Below, in pieces: positions 37,214 to 50,400 of a DNA stretch of 64,000 nt. Numbering within the stretch: the first letter of the stretch is position 1; each line of letters starts with the position of its first letter. The stretch covers positions 19,778,001 through 19,842,000 of the forward strand of contig NC_135256.1 in assembly GCF_964204865.1 (NCBI RefSeq). Reading direction: 5' to 3'. The notes under the pieces were generated by a model. It made no database searches. It was not told the origin of the DNA and worked only from the letters and a program-made list of their open reading frames with translations. The stretch is from Styela clava (Eukaryota). A program made the translations under genes and the position numbers.

Positions 37214-40200
37214 TTATAATGCCGTTCCCAATCTCATTGCTATTTTCACAGTGTTCTTCCGTATCATTGTTTGAGCGAGTAAAGTAGATGAAGCATGCTC
37301 TAGAGCTAATTTTCCTTCTTCACCTGGAAGTTTTTGTAGTAATTTATCAGAAAGACAATCAGTTTAAATATTAGAACAAAAAGTGTGAGCAAGCTCGCCG
37401 AAATCGAACTGCGAGAAAGCAATGACAGTGGTGCAATTTTTATCACAAGAAATAATCAAATTTACAGCAATCGAACGGGCTCAAGGTGTCGAGAAAAAAT
37501 TTGGAAAATATAAAGGTAACGGCTTTCAATGGTGCACTCGCTTTAACTTGTAAACATTTGAAAGCAATTAGTCTTCAGTTGGCGATTTTCTTGTCACAGC
37601 AGGTACAGCACATGCATTACCAACAAACTTTAGCAAAATGATCCATAGATCCACTTCGTGTTCAATTATTTTTACAATGTTAGAAGTGGTTTATTCCACT
37701 ACTTATCTGCAAGTGACTACTCATTTTTCATGGATGATTTAAAAATCTTTGCCAGCATTATTATTACCCATCTAGAAGTTGAATTAAACGAAAAAAATGG
37801 AACGTGTCAAAAACGTTCTAAAAAAATATCCTAAAAATAAAATACTTACCAATTGATGTAAGTGCATGAGCTGCTGCTTCTGTTACATCGGCATCGATAT
37901 CACAGTGATATAATTGCATGAGTTGAGGGATGCATTCTTTCCCGCCAAGGAAACCCAAGGCAATGCACGAACTTTGCCTATCTCGTTTGATATTCGATTC
38001 CAATAATTCCGCATAAGACACTAAAGCCTGACAAAAATGAAAATCAAAATTAGATTTAAAATAATAATATTGAAAACAACATCCTGGTTTAGGTTGCTGA
38101 TGTCATATAAATCAGAGTTTTCAAAAAATTATCTGATAAAGAAGGAAGTAGTCTATATATATACAAACATTCCGGTAATACCACATATAGTCATTGTGGG
38201 ATTTCCGTGGTTTATTTCAAAAATTTTGTTGTTTCTCTTTTTATGCTCATGTTTAATTAAGTAAATATTTAATATAGACTTGTTCCGTGCTTGTTTTTGT
38301 TTTTTTTAATTCATCTACAAGGCGACGCTGACTAGATGCCTCATTAATTCTTCCGTTACCTCTCGTCGACTGCAATGATTCGTTTTTGTAATTTGTCACA
38401 TGAATTTTATGCCTTTATTTGAGCGCATATCGCGTATTAGTTTTGCAGGACGAAAATAAATATCTGAATCTGAATTCAGTTTTAGAAGTATATTCAATAG
38501 CCTAATCATCAGCTAGGTGTGTCGTTTAGTTAGCCTGTTATACAATAATTCGTGAAGCTCTCATACCTTGTCGCGAAGTGATACATCTTTACCAATATGC
38601 ATGATATGAGCGGCTGCGGCAGCTCTGACCATTTTTTCAGGACTAAGTAGCAAGTGAGATAAAGCACATAAGTTGCTTGTTCTTAACGCAAGAAGAGTTC
38701 CAACTTTCTTGATTGCAATTAATATCAGATCAGTGTTATCTGATCGAAGAGTTGAAGTTATAAACACTGAAATAATACAAAAAAAAATTAATAATAGTCA
38801 TAATTATAACTTAAAATCACACTAATATAAATTGCTGTTGCAAGCAATCATAAAATAGTGGATAATAAAAAAAATCAGAGCAAAAGATACGAAAGAATCA
38901 AAAATATATTAAGTTACATCCGATGACCACTTTGATTACTAACATGTTCTTGGACATTCAATTCCGCCTTCAATACCGGAATAATTTTTGTCCATTTACT
39001 TTATTTGTATCATATTTATTATTCAATGTAAATATACTTTATATGTCACAGATGGTATTAATCTACATTCAATATAATTAAAAAAAAACTCACTTTCCAA
39101 GGCAAGTTTGTCAACTGTTTTTGCAAAATCCTCTATTTCACCCTCAGTTGACATTTCTTCAGAGTACAGCAATAATTGAAATATTGTTACCGAATAATCA
39201 TCCGTGTTTTGAATATTCAGTCCAATTATTCTTCGTACAAGTTCTGAAAATACTATAGAAGAAGAAATAATCGATGTAGAAAAATTAAAAAAATACTTAA
39301 CACAAGAGGCATGATAGCTTATTACCAGACAGTCAATAAAAGCAGAATAAATCATCGTTACTGACTTACTTTTGTTAACAACATCGGGATGTTTTCTTTT
39401 TACTTCTCTTCCAAATTCTGATTCAAATTCCAGGCATAATATTTTAGAACTAACACACAACTCTGTTTCTCCATCGCAGCATGATCTCCACAACTCTAAT
39501 AAGGTTCTTCTTTTGACAAGGTCCGGAAAATCTTTAAAGAGAATAATTGTTTAAAACCTTAATATAATTTGGAGTAAAGCGGTATAAAAAGAATACGTAT
39601 AGACTCTATAGAGCGAGGAAACAACTTGCGCGTGGATTGTAAGCAAGTCAAACTATATAGATAAAATGTTGATATCATGTATAAGTTAACTAAAAAGAGA
39701 CGACAGATTTGAAAATGAAGAATAGGCGTCTGTACATCTTTAAAATGTACGAAAGATACAATCATACAACACAATATATATACATCATAACCCACAATAT
39801 TACAATTTACAAACGCCCTTTTTACAAAGTAGGCTGGTTCATGTTATACTTTTGATAAACACACTGTAAAATAGGATGCAGGGCATTCATTACATCGGCT
39901 TTCATTTACTCCGATAGTTGCTTATAATTTTTTCCGCATGGTTGTTGCAAATGGCCTTGCTTTAAGTAAACATTCCGGGTTTGTTTATTTTAATAATTTC
40001 GGCTTCGAATCTTCGTTCAGTCAAATCTTCTAGGTAATTAAGTGTAAAAAATTTCTAGACAGCTGGAACTCTTGTTGCATTATGTAACTCTATGTCATCT
40101 AATTCTTGAGCCTTCACCCCTTTACATTGCAGCAAAAAATACAAATAAAAATTAAATTCCACCTTCTAACTGCATATCGGGATTGCAGCCAACATCCAAA

Positions 40201-43200
40201 ATTTGCTTCAAAATTTTTCCCTGTCGATTTAACTTGTGAACCGCTATCACTTCTTTAATGTTTAGATAACCATACGATCCAACATCCTGGAGTTAAAATT
40301 AGCGAGAATTCAAATAATACAAATATAAATATATATACCTTCATCTATAATAAAAATAAAAAAAAGAATTCATTTCCCGTGGACTGGTAATGTGAGCTCG
40401 GTGTTATTCTAGACTCGCATGATTTGGCGCTCCGGAAGTATTCGTACCAAGATGACGCACAACATGAGCAACCCTACCCTGGTACACATACTATGTTCAG
40501 GTTGTGCGCCATCTTGGTACGAAAACTTCGGGAGCACCCATGATTTTATATATGGTTATCCTCAATTGCTTGAAATTTTTCAACAGTGATGGTTCTACTT
40601 TCAGAAAAGGTGCAACGCCACATGTTGACAAATTACTAATAATGAGAGTATACCCCACGTCCATCAGTGACTTACCTTGAGATATTCAATGATATATTTC
40701 AAATGACTCGATATTGCTCTGTAAGCGATTTCTTGCTCATCTTTAAATTGAATGACGGCAAACTTCGACAAGACATACCTACAATGAAGAATGAACCATG
40801 ATAAGGTGAGGACGTTCCAGTCAAACTTATATCACACAATGTGAATTTAAAAATATAACTGTTGTGTGATCAATTTTAAATATGCATATTTTAGTAATAA
40901 CAAATCAAGTATAAGTAGCCGATAAAAATCCACTAATAAACTATTTGTGAAAAATGTCATTATACATGGCATGTACTCAGCTTACAAAAAGCACGAACAT
41001 TTTATTTTAATTGCACTTACTTAGGATCCAATTCATCTGATTCGAATATCCCATCCAGTTGATTTTGTGATTGAATATAAAACAATAATTCATCAAAAAT
41101 ATACCGCTCGTTTGGATTGCAACAATTCTGAAACAGTTATAAAAATTAAAGCAAACATTACATTTTTTTTTATCTGGAACAAAACATATGACCACAAGAT
41201 TTGCTTTCGTTTAGCATAGCTAGCCCAAAATATAATATATGATATCAGTGAATATGACGGTTTAATATAGTCAACATCATACTGCAAATGTTGAACGGCA
41301 AAATAAAATTGGTAGCTACACACCCATGCACCAAATTCTATGACAGAATATTCTTCCGTTCTCTAATGTTTAAAAAAGAATTTTGAAATTATTTTTTACT
41401 TTTCCACGAGTAGCAAAATGTGAAACTCAGCATAGTTATCAATACCTTCAAATTTTCTAATATTTCCAACACCATTGTTTCTAATAGTTGTAACTCGGTG
41501 TATCTTCCTCTATGATCATCCAGTGAACAATTTAATACCATACAACGACAAAGAGCTTCTGCCCACACATTTTTATCTGTTTCTTCATTTCCATTTACCT
41601 AATAAAAATTGAAGAACTAAGATGTAATAACTGTAAATTTTAAGGAAGACAACAATTCGCGGCAACGAAATGTATTATGCATATGCATATCGTCCATATT
41701 GTATTGAGCTCCAAAGCAATGTTCTCTAGTATTTATTATTCTATCGAACTGTATTGAAGCATGTACATTCGTATTTATCGAGTCACGCATTTTCAGGTCA
41801 TCAAGTGTAAACCAATGAGAACCCGGTGGCTTATCAAGCAGTGCTATGGTGTCGCAAATTTACAATCTACTCCGACTCTCAACTCGGGTTGAAAAAGTGT
41901 TGACTCCAACAGCTGTAGGTGAATATAAGTGTAATGCACTTTTTCTCGAGCTTGCTGATAAAATTTCTTGCACGCTTTCGTCGCGCGACCTGTCGCGTTA
42001 TAAGATGCTTTTGTACACAAGAATATATACGGCATAATAGAGTCCTTCAAGGCATCGCACCACGAAAGATAATTCTATCATTCACCAGAATCGTTGTCTC
42101 ACACACTAATTGTACCTCAAATACTCGTAAAATACGGGTTTTGACATTTTGAAATGCCAGTAATAAAATGTAGGGTATCATTCATTTGAAAGTTCTTAGT
42201 GTAATAAAAATGTTAGATATTAATCGTATATTCACCTCTGTTTCCAAGTTTTCAGTATTTTCTGGATCTTTTGACAACATCATTACATGTTTTGCATTTT
42301 CATGCATTCTTTCAAGAAAAATTTCTTCCAATTTTGCATTTTCTCTCATAATTGAAGTATCATGAGTTGTCTCAGAAGATTCATAATCGTCAAAAGTTGT
42401 ATCTTGAATACTTAAATTTTCAATTTCTTCATTTTCAATACTTTCATCTAAAGTTCTTGAAACGTAGAAATATTAGGTTATTTTTTTGTCGCAAGCCATG
42501 TTAATGATACTATCCCACGTTCTCTTATACTTACTTTGCTTCAGTATTGTCATTGTTATCAGATTTAACAAGATATTTGGTCGGAATCATGTTAAAGTTG
42601 AATGGTCTGAAAATGTATTCATAAATAAATGAATTGAATGAAGAAATAAATGAAAACTTATTAATGTATATCAAGACTTACATCCATACATGCGAAATAT
42701 CGAGCTTCATTTTTTGTTCCTTGTCTAAGGTAACTTCAAACATCTAAAAAATAAAATGAATATAAATGAAAACAGAAATAAGAAAAATTTAGAATCATAC
42801 CAGTACTAAAAACAGTAAAAAAGTATTACCCGATTTTCAGAAGATATAAGATTGATAACGTCAATCGTTGCGTTTCCGATGTTCGATAGTTTACCAAATA
42901 TTCCAGGTTCCATTATCTACAAGAAAAAAAACAATGTTGCATACTATGTCAAATTTGATGCAAAAGCGTTGTTAAAGAACGACCCAACCAACAATGGTAG
43001 TACTTAATGTACCTTTATTGCAATGGCATCACAGTTGTTCAGATTCAGGACAATTTCTTTCGGATTCCAATTGACTTCATTCTCTGAGATGACTTGTCCT
43101 TTGAACCGATTTTTCTTGTTGTCATACATAAGCAGTGCTTCGCAATGATCTCCGTTTTTCAGCTTTGTACATTCTTTCATTCCTGACGAGTATCAAAAAT

Positions 43201-45937
43201 ACTGAGTGAAAAACGAAACAAGATCAAATCACGACATCATTAAGTTATATTAGTCATATTAAGTCGTAGGACCCAACGATTTAAATTAAAGCAATGAGTT
43301 ATATACGATAAAATGAGGAGTAAAAATATTTCAGGAAAAAACGTTAAATCTCAAACCTGCAATTCCCAGTCTGAGTTGACCAAACATTGGCGAATCTTCT
43401 ACCTTGGAGCAAGATGAATTCAAAATTAGAAATATTGTCAAAGATAATTCATATGAAGGAAGTGAATTGTTTTACTATAATAATCCTCATAAAAAAACAC
43501 AGGGCAAATATAACTTACCAAATGAACGCAAAATATATTTTGATTTAAGAATATGTTAGTAAAGACATGAATTAATACAACATGCTTAAAATTTCAATTT
43601 AATCGGTACTTACATACACGTCGTCTTCTGTACCGATATCTTCAAATAAACAAAAATAATATTTGTCAGGTTATGTTTAGTGAATGTATTGGTGTTACAA
43701 TTAACTTGGCATGTGCAAAATAGTTTCAATATATTTTAAAATAAGCAAATTGAAAAGTATTTGAGTCTGAAAATCAAAAACGAATTTTTGAACATTTAAT
43801 TTTTTTCTATCGGGAGATCATTCAAGTCTGCGTTGAATTTGTGTATATTTCAAGTTCATATACATGATCTTTCAAGATTATCCCCGAATAATGTTAATTA
43901 GTAACCACCATTGATATGTTTGACTTACTTTGTGTAGCGGCCGATAAGAAATCTTTGTAAAATTTAATACTTCTAATCAGAATCTCGAGTTTTCGTATTT
44001 CTTCTATCTGTAAAAATTAACAATACTAATTGGTATAGCAAATTATTACGGTTATGGAATTATAGAATATATATATATATATTATTCACGAATAGTCAAT
44101 AATAATTATAATTTCATTCTACTTTATAATAACTAAGTTAATTTGTGTTTAAAGTGGCTTTGATTTGGCTTCAGTCGGCAGTTTGTTACAATCTCACTTT
44201 ATAATTATAATACTAAATTTTGGTTGTACCGTTGGATTATTGAATTGAGCCCCAGGCCTCAGCATCACACTCACGACTGCTCAGGACATTTACTCTGCCT
44301 GAGAGACAGAAGTTTGAATCGCTGAGCGATAATAATAAGCGAGAATTTCTGTGATCCTCGTCATCACAATCTTACTCCACTATAACTAGGAATGTGTAGA
44401 ATTGAATTCACATTTTAACTATTTGACAAATCCAACATCCGTGCTGGTATTCAAGGGTGTTGGTGTTTATAACGAGAAAATCCAAAGCGCAAATTATCAA
44501 GATGAATCAGATTTTGAAAGTCCACAGTAAACATTTTCATATCTCAACTTATTATAAAAGCTAATTCACCTACAAGCATTATGCTTAGAATCAGGTTTTT
44601 GTGCAAAAGTTCTACAAATTCTTCCTATCTCTATCTCACCCGAAAAAGAGGCCATCGTTCGCTATGCGTATTAGCAAATATATATTTTATTTTCCGTCTT
44701 CTCCGAGATAAATATGTTTTACATATATATCTTCATATTAGAAGAAGTATGCATACACGGGCAATCTGTAATATTAGAAAGAAGATATCTCACGTGTTTT
44801 GGCGTCATACTGCCATCTTTCTTCAATTGGGTCATTGCGTCATTTTTTTGGTCGATGTACTCACTGAAAAATATGAATAAATATATACACGTGAGTTTAC
44901 CTCAATTAATGATATATATATTACAAAAAAAATGTATCAATATATATAGCATAATATTACTCGGTGCATAATAGAATTGATTTCCAGAGCTCCGTGGCTG
45001 TTTCTACTTTCGAGTCATTAGATGTGGTGCTTTTACTTCTTCCAGATTTTTTTCTGTGTGAAAAAAACAATATCACGTGAGCTCATGAGAACGGTTATAT
45101 ATTCAAATAATATACCGGTGCTATTCGTTTATGTGGAGTCCTGATAAAAAACCTCGTTTGAACAATCGACTTTGGAAACCATTCGAAACCAATTTTTCCG
45201 CTGCGGCATATCAAAAAACTGCAACAACAACATAATTAGGACAAGCGCGGTAATCACTTGCGCGCAACACCCACAAATATTTAAATAAATATTTTCGTCA
45301 CACATTATTGTGATACACAGGGCCCTACAATTCAATAATCATGCCGCAATCGCAAACAATTGTAGAATAGATTAAAACAAACTAATGTTCGGGGGTTTGG
45401 TGTAAGATAAGTTTTGTTGTTGTAAATTAATTTATTAGTCAATCACAGATGCAATTCACTCACTTGTCTTTGTTTCCCGATGACCATTTCATTGATGATT
45501 TAGTTTTTATTTTCTTTGACTTAGTGTTTTTCTGTGGTTTTTCGTTTACTCCGTCAGCGATGAAGTCAACTTCACATCCAACTGCTGGAGTTTTTTCTAA
45601 TGAAATAAATATGGGACATGATCATGCATGGTAATGGTTTGGCCATTGCAAAATCAATAAAAAAAACAGCATTTATATTGAACAGAGTTATGGTATGGAT
45701 TTTCGTATAACTGATAAATTGTTATTTTCTCTTCGCAATAATTTCATTCCGTGCTCAACGCGAGAATAAGAAAATTGTTTTCATTTATGTAGGCTACCAT
45801 AAAGATTACAATCGCCTTCAAAAATTGGAACAACTCTAAAGTAATTACGGCAAATAAACATTCAGTTACTCACCCTTTTCTTTATCTGACTTTTTGCTTT
45901 GCAACCCCTTTTGTGACGATTTATTCGAACTATCCAT
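37214..45937 (-). CDS. RIPOR: RIPOR/FAM65-family Rho-interacting polarity regulator, divergent, ~818 aa. 22 exons: 45937-45874, 45596-45464, 45053-44961, 44863-44794, 44007-43929, 43639-43614, 43402-43357, 43182-43013, 42916-42830, 42743-42682, 42606-42535, 42455-42236, 41598-41446, 41362-41324, 41127-41021, 40778-40676, 40286-40163, 39531-39370, 39252-39094, 38766-38567, 38027-37850, 37323-37214
   Basis: The PL48 region aligns by eye to RIPORs (ELWKSILLCTDEYIDQK; IRKLEILIRSIKF; FGQLRLGIAGMKECTKLKNGD...RFKGQV...NW...MKLDISHVWIPF). Also LDDHRGRYTELQLLE, VTIFQL, and C-terminal HEAT/ARM repeats LRDKALVSYAELL...CIALGFLGGKECIPQLMQL...ALTSIGEEGKLALE. The spliced 2457 nt is one open frame. Start ATG 45937 is inferred. 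Confidence 0.85.
40426..40538. mobile_element. 113-bp palindromic MITE, Merlin-like (GG termini, 8-bp TSD)
   Basis: ~45-bp imperfect TIRs GGCGCTCCGGAAGTATTCGTACCAAGATGACGCACAAC / GTTGTGCGCCATCTTGGTACGAAAACTTCGGGAGCACC; perfect TSD CATGATTT (40418-40425, 40539-40546). Confidence 0.85.
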
Positions 45938-46140
45938 ATATTTAAGATTTAGCGCTAATATTATGCAAATCAAATTTAAATTGGTAAGTGCCGGGTCTGG
46001 TGATTCGGTATTACTTCTTTGTTATTTGGTTTTTATATTACGTTGCAGGCTAACTATCTGCTTTGAATGTATATTATATACTCCCCTCCAAAAACTATAC
46101 TCCAGAAACAAATTTTGGGTATAGGCTACGTCTTAAGCGT

Positions 46141-47441
46141 TTACATTCTATAATTTGTGGACACAAATGTGTCTGGGTCTTTAAGGGAAGAGATTAATGT
46201 TATGGCTTTTCTACTCAAATGGGACTTTATCGAAAAAGCTTTTGCGAGAGGTACATTCCTTCCTTGTTCAGGTTGATCATTTCTTTGCATTTCCATACCT
46301 ATGGTCCTAAGTTAGTTTTTTGAGCAGAAGTACTGACACCAAATAATTAAATATATATGACATGTAGCCTAGTTCTTTCAAGCCCGTATATTATCATTTC
46401 AACGCCAATATTCTGTCTACATTTAACCAAGCAGATGGCATTTTATAATCTAACTTCTAATATGATTTAGGGTATTTACTATTTAGAATATATTTTCTGC
46501 TGCCTAAAAATCTCAAACTAGACAAACAGCAGGAGCATGCTTGGTATTTAAATCAACGACTGGTATTACTATAGCAAAAATCTGTCTGTCAAAACATACC
46601 CCCAGGCAATTCTGCATCACGACAAAGTTCGTAAACTTTAATTGTCAGGGAGGTTTTTGAAAGCTCATCGATCGCCGCTATCAGTAAAATTGCGATTGAT
46701 GTTATAACATGAAAACGTGTGTGTCCAATAATAGCCTACATAAAAATTTAGCCTATATATTTTTGATTTTCTCGGATTAGTTATTTTTGTAATGGTAGAT
46801 TTATGCCATTTTTGTTTTACTAAAAAAGAGCAATATATATGATTGATATAACGTGAAATATCAAATAATATCATACATTTATTTGGGTGTTTGTAATGTG
46901 ACCCCGTTTCGTAAACTTGGCAATGAATGAGATGCGTGAGCTCGTCCTTTTTTTTCTTCTAGTCAGCGCTCCGGAAGCTATGTGGATCACCCTGTAATGG
47001 TGGGTCTTGATCGTTAGTCGTTGGTCCTGATTGATTGGTTCTCTGACATATTATCATCTTCAACGGAATTCAAACATGCGTCTCGTGGTCGGGGTTTTCG
47101 GCGACCCGGAGAAAAATATCCCCAACCCTCAACCAATGTTCTAAGCGAATCTGTAACATCAGCTCCGAAACAACAAATAATGCTAGTATACAAATCATCG
47201 ATATGGTCCATTTTTGACAAAAAGTCGGTGCACATAAGCGTGCTCAAATCAATCAATGTCAAATGTGTATGCGTGTGGTTTTAATGTTGCCTAAAAGTTT
47301 TCTACGCAGAATTTCTGGTTCTTCCGTGTGTATGGGTTTTTCTCTCTTCCACAACGAATACGTACCGTACTCGCAATATGACCTTTGACCGGTCTTATGG
47401 GGAAGTCCCTTGCACACGTTTTGTTGGGTGCTCGGAATCAT
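46141..47441 (-). pseudogene. Disrupted exon-like ORF segments upstream of RIPOR (47441-46877 and 46306-46141)
   Basis: ORFs 47441-47259 and 47262-47014 would fuse if one A were added to TTAAAACC; later stops and frameshifts; GTATG donor at 46876 and TAG acceptor at 46307. No family recognised. Confidence 0.35.
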
Positions 47442-47494
47442 TTTATGTCATTTTATGACGAATTTTATGTTACATACCGTAACGTTATAGAATC

Positions 47495-50400
47495 ATGTCG
47501 CAAAAAGTTCTGAACACATCAAGCAGGTTTAAACGGTTGGATCCCGTGTCTAACGTTCATGAAAGGAAGCTTCTTACTGAAGACGGGTATTACTGGAAAG
47601 GATTGCAGGTAAGTTAGACATAACTCAGTACAGCAGTAACTAAAACAGTAAAAACAGAACAACTAAATTGAATACTGAAATGTAATTAGTTTTTTATTTC
47701 AAATTCGTCTGTTGCCAAAAAACGTTATGAATATTTTTTTGAACTAATTTTTTGATTTATAACTAGTTCTGTAGATCTTATTTTTTGCATTTAATTCCAG
47801 TTTCCTGTCACAGTAAAGGAATTTGGAGCAGTTACACACATTGACATTCAACCAACACATCCTCACAACATTGCTGTTTCGTCAGCAACTCGTGTGAGTA
47901 TTATATATTACAGTACAGCAGGGCATACAGATTCCAGGAATAGCTCCATATTAATAGACATCAATTATTACAGCCCCCTTCTTTACAAAACAGTCTGGCC
48001 TCCATATCGACTCGAAATGCCAACTGGTTCTGCGCAATAAACTAAAACAGTGAAAGGAAGTGCAATCTAAAAACGTCTCCATCAGTTTAATTGATCCAAT
48101 CCAATTTACTGGAGGAAAAAAATTTTATCTTCGCATTCGAGAGTTTTTAGCAAAAGGATAGGATAGGATTTACATATTTATCCCGGGGGAGAGGAAAGCC
48201 GATAAGACGGCTTATCCATATGGCGAACCACGGCCTCTCGTCCGGTTACCATTCCAAGTCGGGTATGGGATTAGTTATATTGTTTGTTTTGCGGAAGCAT
48301 GGACTTGGTGGTGGAGGAAGCCGTAACCGACCAGCGGTTACATGAACCACCCAACGACGGCGAGGAGTCCAGCAATGCTCTCGCACATAACCATCCCTGC
48401 ATGGGATTCGAACCTGCGAACCCACGCAGAGTAATTAGAGGTGCGGTGGCGAGCGTATTCCTAACGCTTAGCCCGTTGAGCCACACCGCCGCGCCTAAGA
48501 AAAGAACGCAATTTTGGTCATGTGACGACCGGCGCATGTCACGATCGATTTAAATTGTTTCCGCGACAAGTTTGACGCGATCCGATACATCTGCCTTCGT
48601 GCCAGACGCCCTCATTTCAGATACAAATGAAACAAAAATCATAATGCAATATTATTTTTGAAGACAATCAATCAATAACATTTTGACTGGAACCGTTCAT
48701 AATCTACAAAGAATAACATAGAAGTCAACAGATATTCATTGAATTTGAAATTAAATGAATATGGAAACTTCAATGGCCTAAACTGATAATATTTTCAAAT
48801 AAAACTATTTTAAATTATTCCCAAAACCTAAATTACATAAAATTAAATATAATTAATTTCAAATAGATTTAAATGTGAGATTTGTTTTGGACATCTCTGC
48901 TACATCCCAAGTAGCTTAATTGGGGGTTTGATTTACATGTGCATATTTCCTATTATAGATTCAAGTATATCATCATGAAACAAGTGAAAGAATCAAAACC
49001 TTCTCAAGGTTCCATAACACTGTATATGGTGCAAGTTATCGCAGGGATGGAAAATTAATAATTGCAGGAAACGAAGATTCTAATGCAAGATTATTTGATA
49101 CAGAAGGACGTGTTCCTTTGAGAATTTTTAAAGGCCACACAAGGTTAGATAAAATTGAATATAAATTAAAGCTGCCAAAACTAAAATTGAGAAAGTATGA
49201 CTATAGTACGAATGAGTATATCACAGATTTAGCCACATTATCATATTTTTTGTGCTCAAAATCAAGCTGGTGTATTGCAATGATTAAATGTACATTTGTA
49301 ATGAAACTCTTCCTTGGTGCAGTTTGATTTTAATATTAAGTCAGCTTTTTTCCCAATGCATCATGCGTTGTTCTGTTATGAAATTTAAGTTTTAGTTATT
49401 CCTGTTGCAGTATGCTTCACTTTGGTCACCTTTATTTGTATTTAATCATTATTTCATTTTTGTTCTATGTGTTATAAATTGTAATTAGTGTATATTGTCA
49501 TGCGATAATAGATTGCATTTGTCTCACTGCATTAGTTACTAGCTGTAAAAAGTATTAGACGGTGGTTCGATCAAGTTTGGCTATATTCAGCAACTATCTG
49601 ATTTTGTTATCTGTTCTTGTGTTTAGATTAAGATGTGCATTTAGTTACTTGAAGGCAGCCCTAATATTGGTAATTATAAATATACTGTTACAACATGTAT
49701 AACCTAAACTATAGTAAAAATCCAATGAGTTTGAAATTTTATGAACCTCTTCTTTAATCTATTTTACAGGCCAGTTCATGTTTCCAAATTTTGCAACAAC
49801 CTTACTCATGTTTTTACTGGGGGTGACGACAAAACAGTAAGAGTGTGGGATGTTGCAACAGAAAAATCAATCAACAAATTCTCAGAACACGAGGTAGTTA
49901 TTGGTATTTTTGCTCTATATTTCATGTACAAACATTGAAAGTTTTTGAAATCACATTTTCAATCAGTTTTTAATAGGTTTTAACCTTTTTTTCGCTCATC
50001 GTTAAAAAGTTTTTTTTGAAATTCTTTTTTATCCACGGTGTACTATAAGAGTGAAATGCTTTATGTGTCTCGTGCAGCAATTCATGGAAAGCGGCTAAAA
50101 CAAGCTGTAGGTTTGTCACCCGTTTCAACAAAAAGATACGACATTTTTTGTGAGGTTGAGAGTCGCTCAGGACCATCGGAAATGAATGGTTGATAAAACT
50201 AGCATTGATACTAAATATATTTTCTTTTACTCAATTTTCTCATATTTTCTCATTAGGACTATATTCGTACCGGAGCCATTTGTAGATCGAGCGCAGATAT
50301 TATTGCAACAGGTATGTTTCAATATTTTTCAATTTTTCACTAGGAATATAGTAAAGCATCTATTGTTATAATTCATTTTTCCTAGATTAAAAGCTTGGCA

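Noticed and set aside
39850-40130. Extra RIPOR exon
   Set aside because: Stops in all frames; the flanking exons 40163 and 39531 join in phase without it.
44214-44385. Five in-frame TGA codons suggesting selenocysteine or stop-codon recoding
   Set aside because: The TGAs are explained as the shifted frame of Asp/Glu-rich sequence (T-GAN), the segment is intronic in the best model, and neighbouring genes use TGA/TAA/TAG as normal stops.
37214-47441. RIPOR as a 5'-decayed pseudogene
   Set aside because: Starting at ATG 45937 and splicing 44794 directly to 44007 gives an uninterrupted 819-codon frame that follows the RIPOR alignment; the disrupted segments fall outside the CDS.
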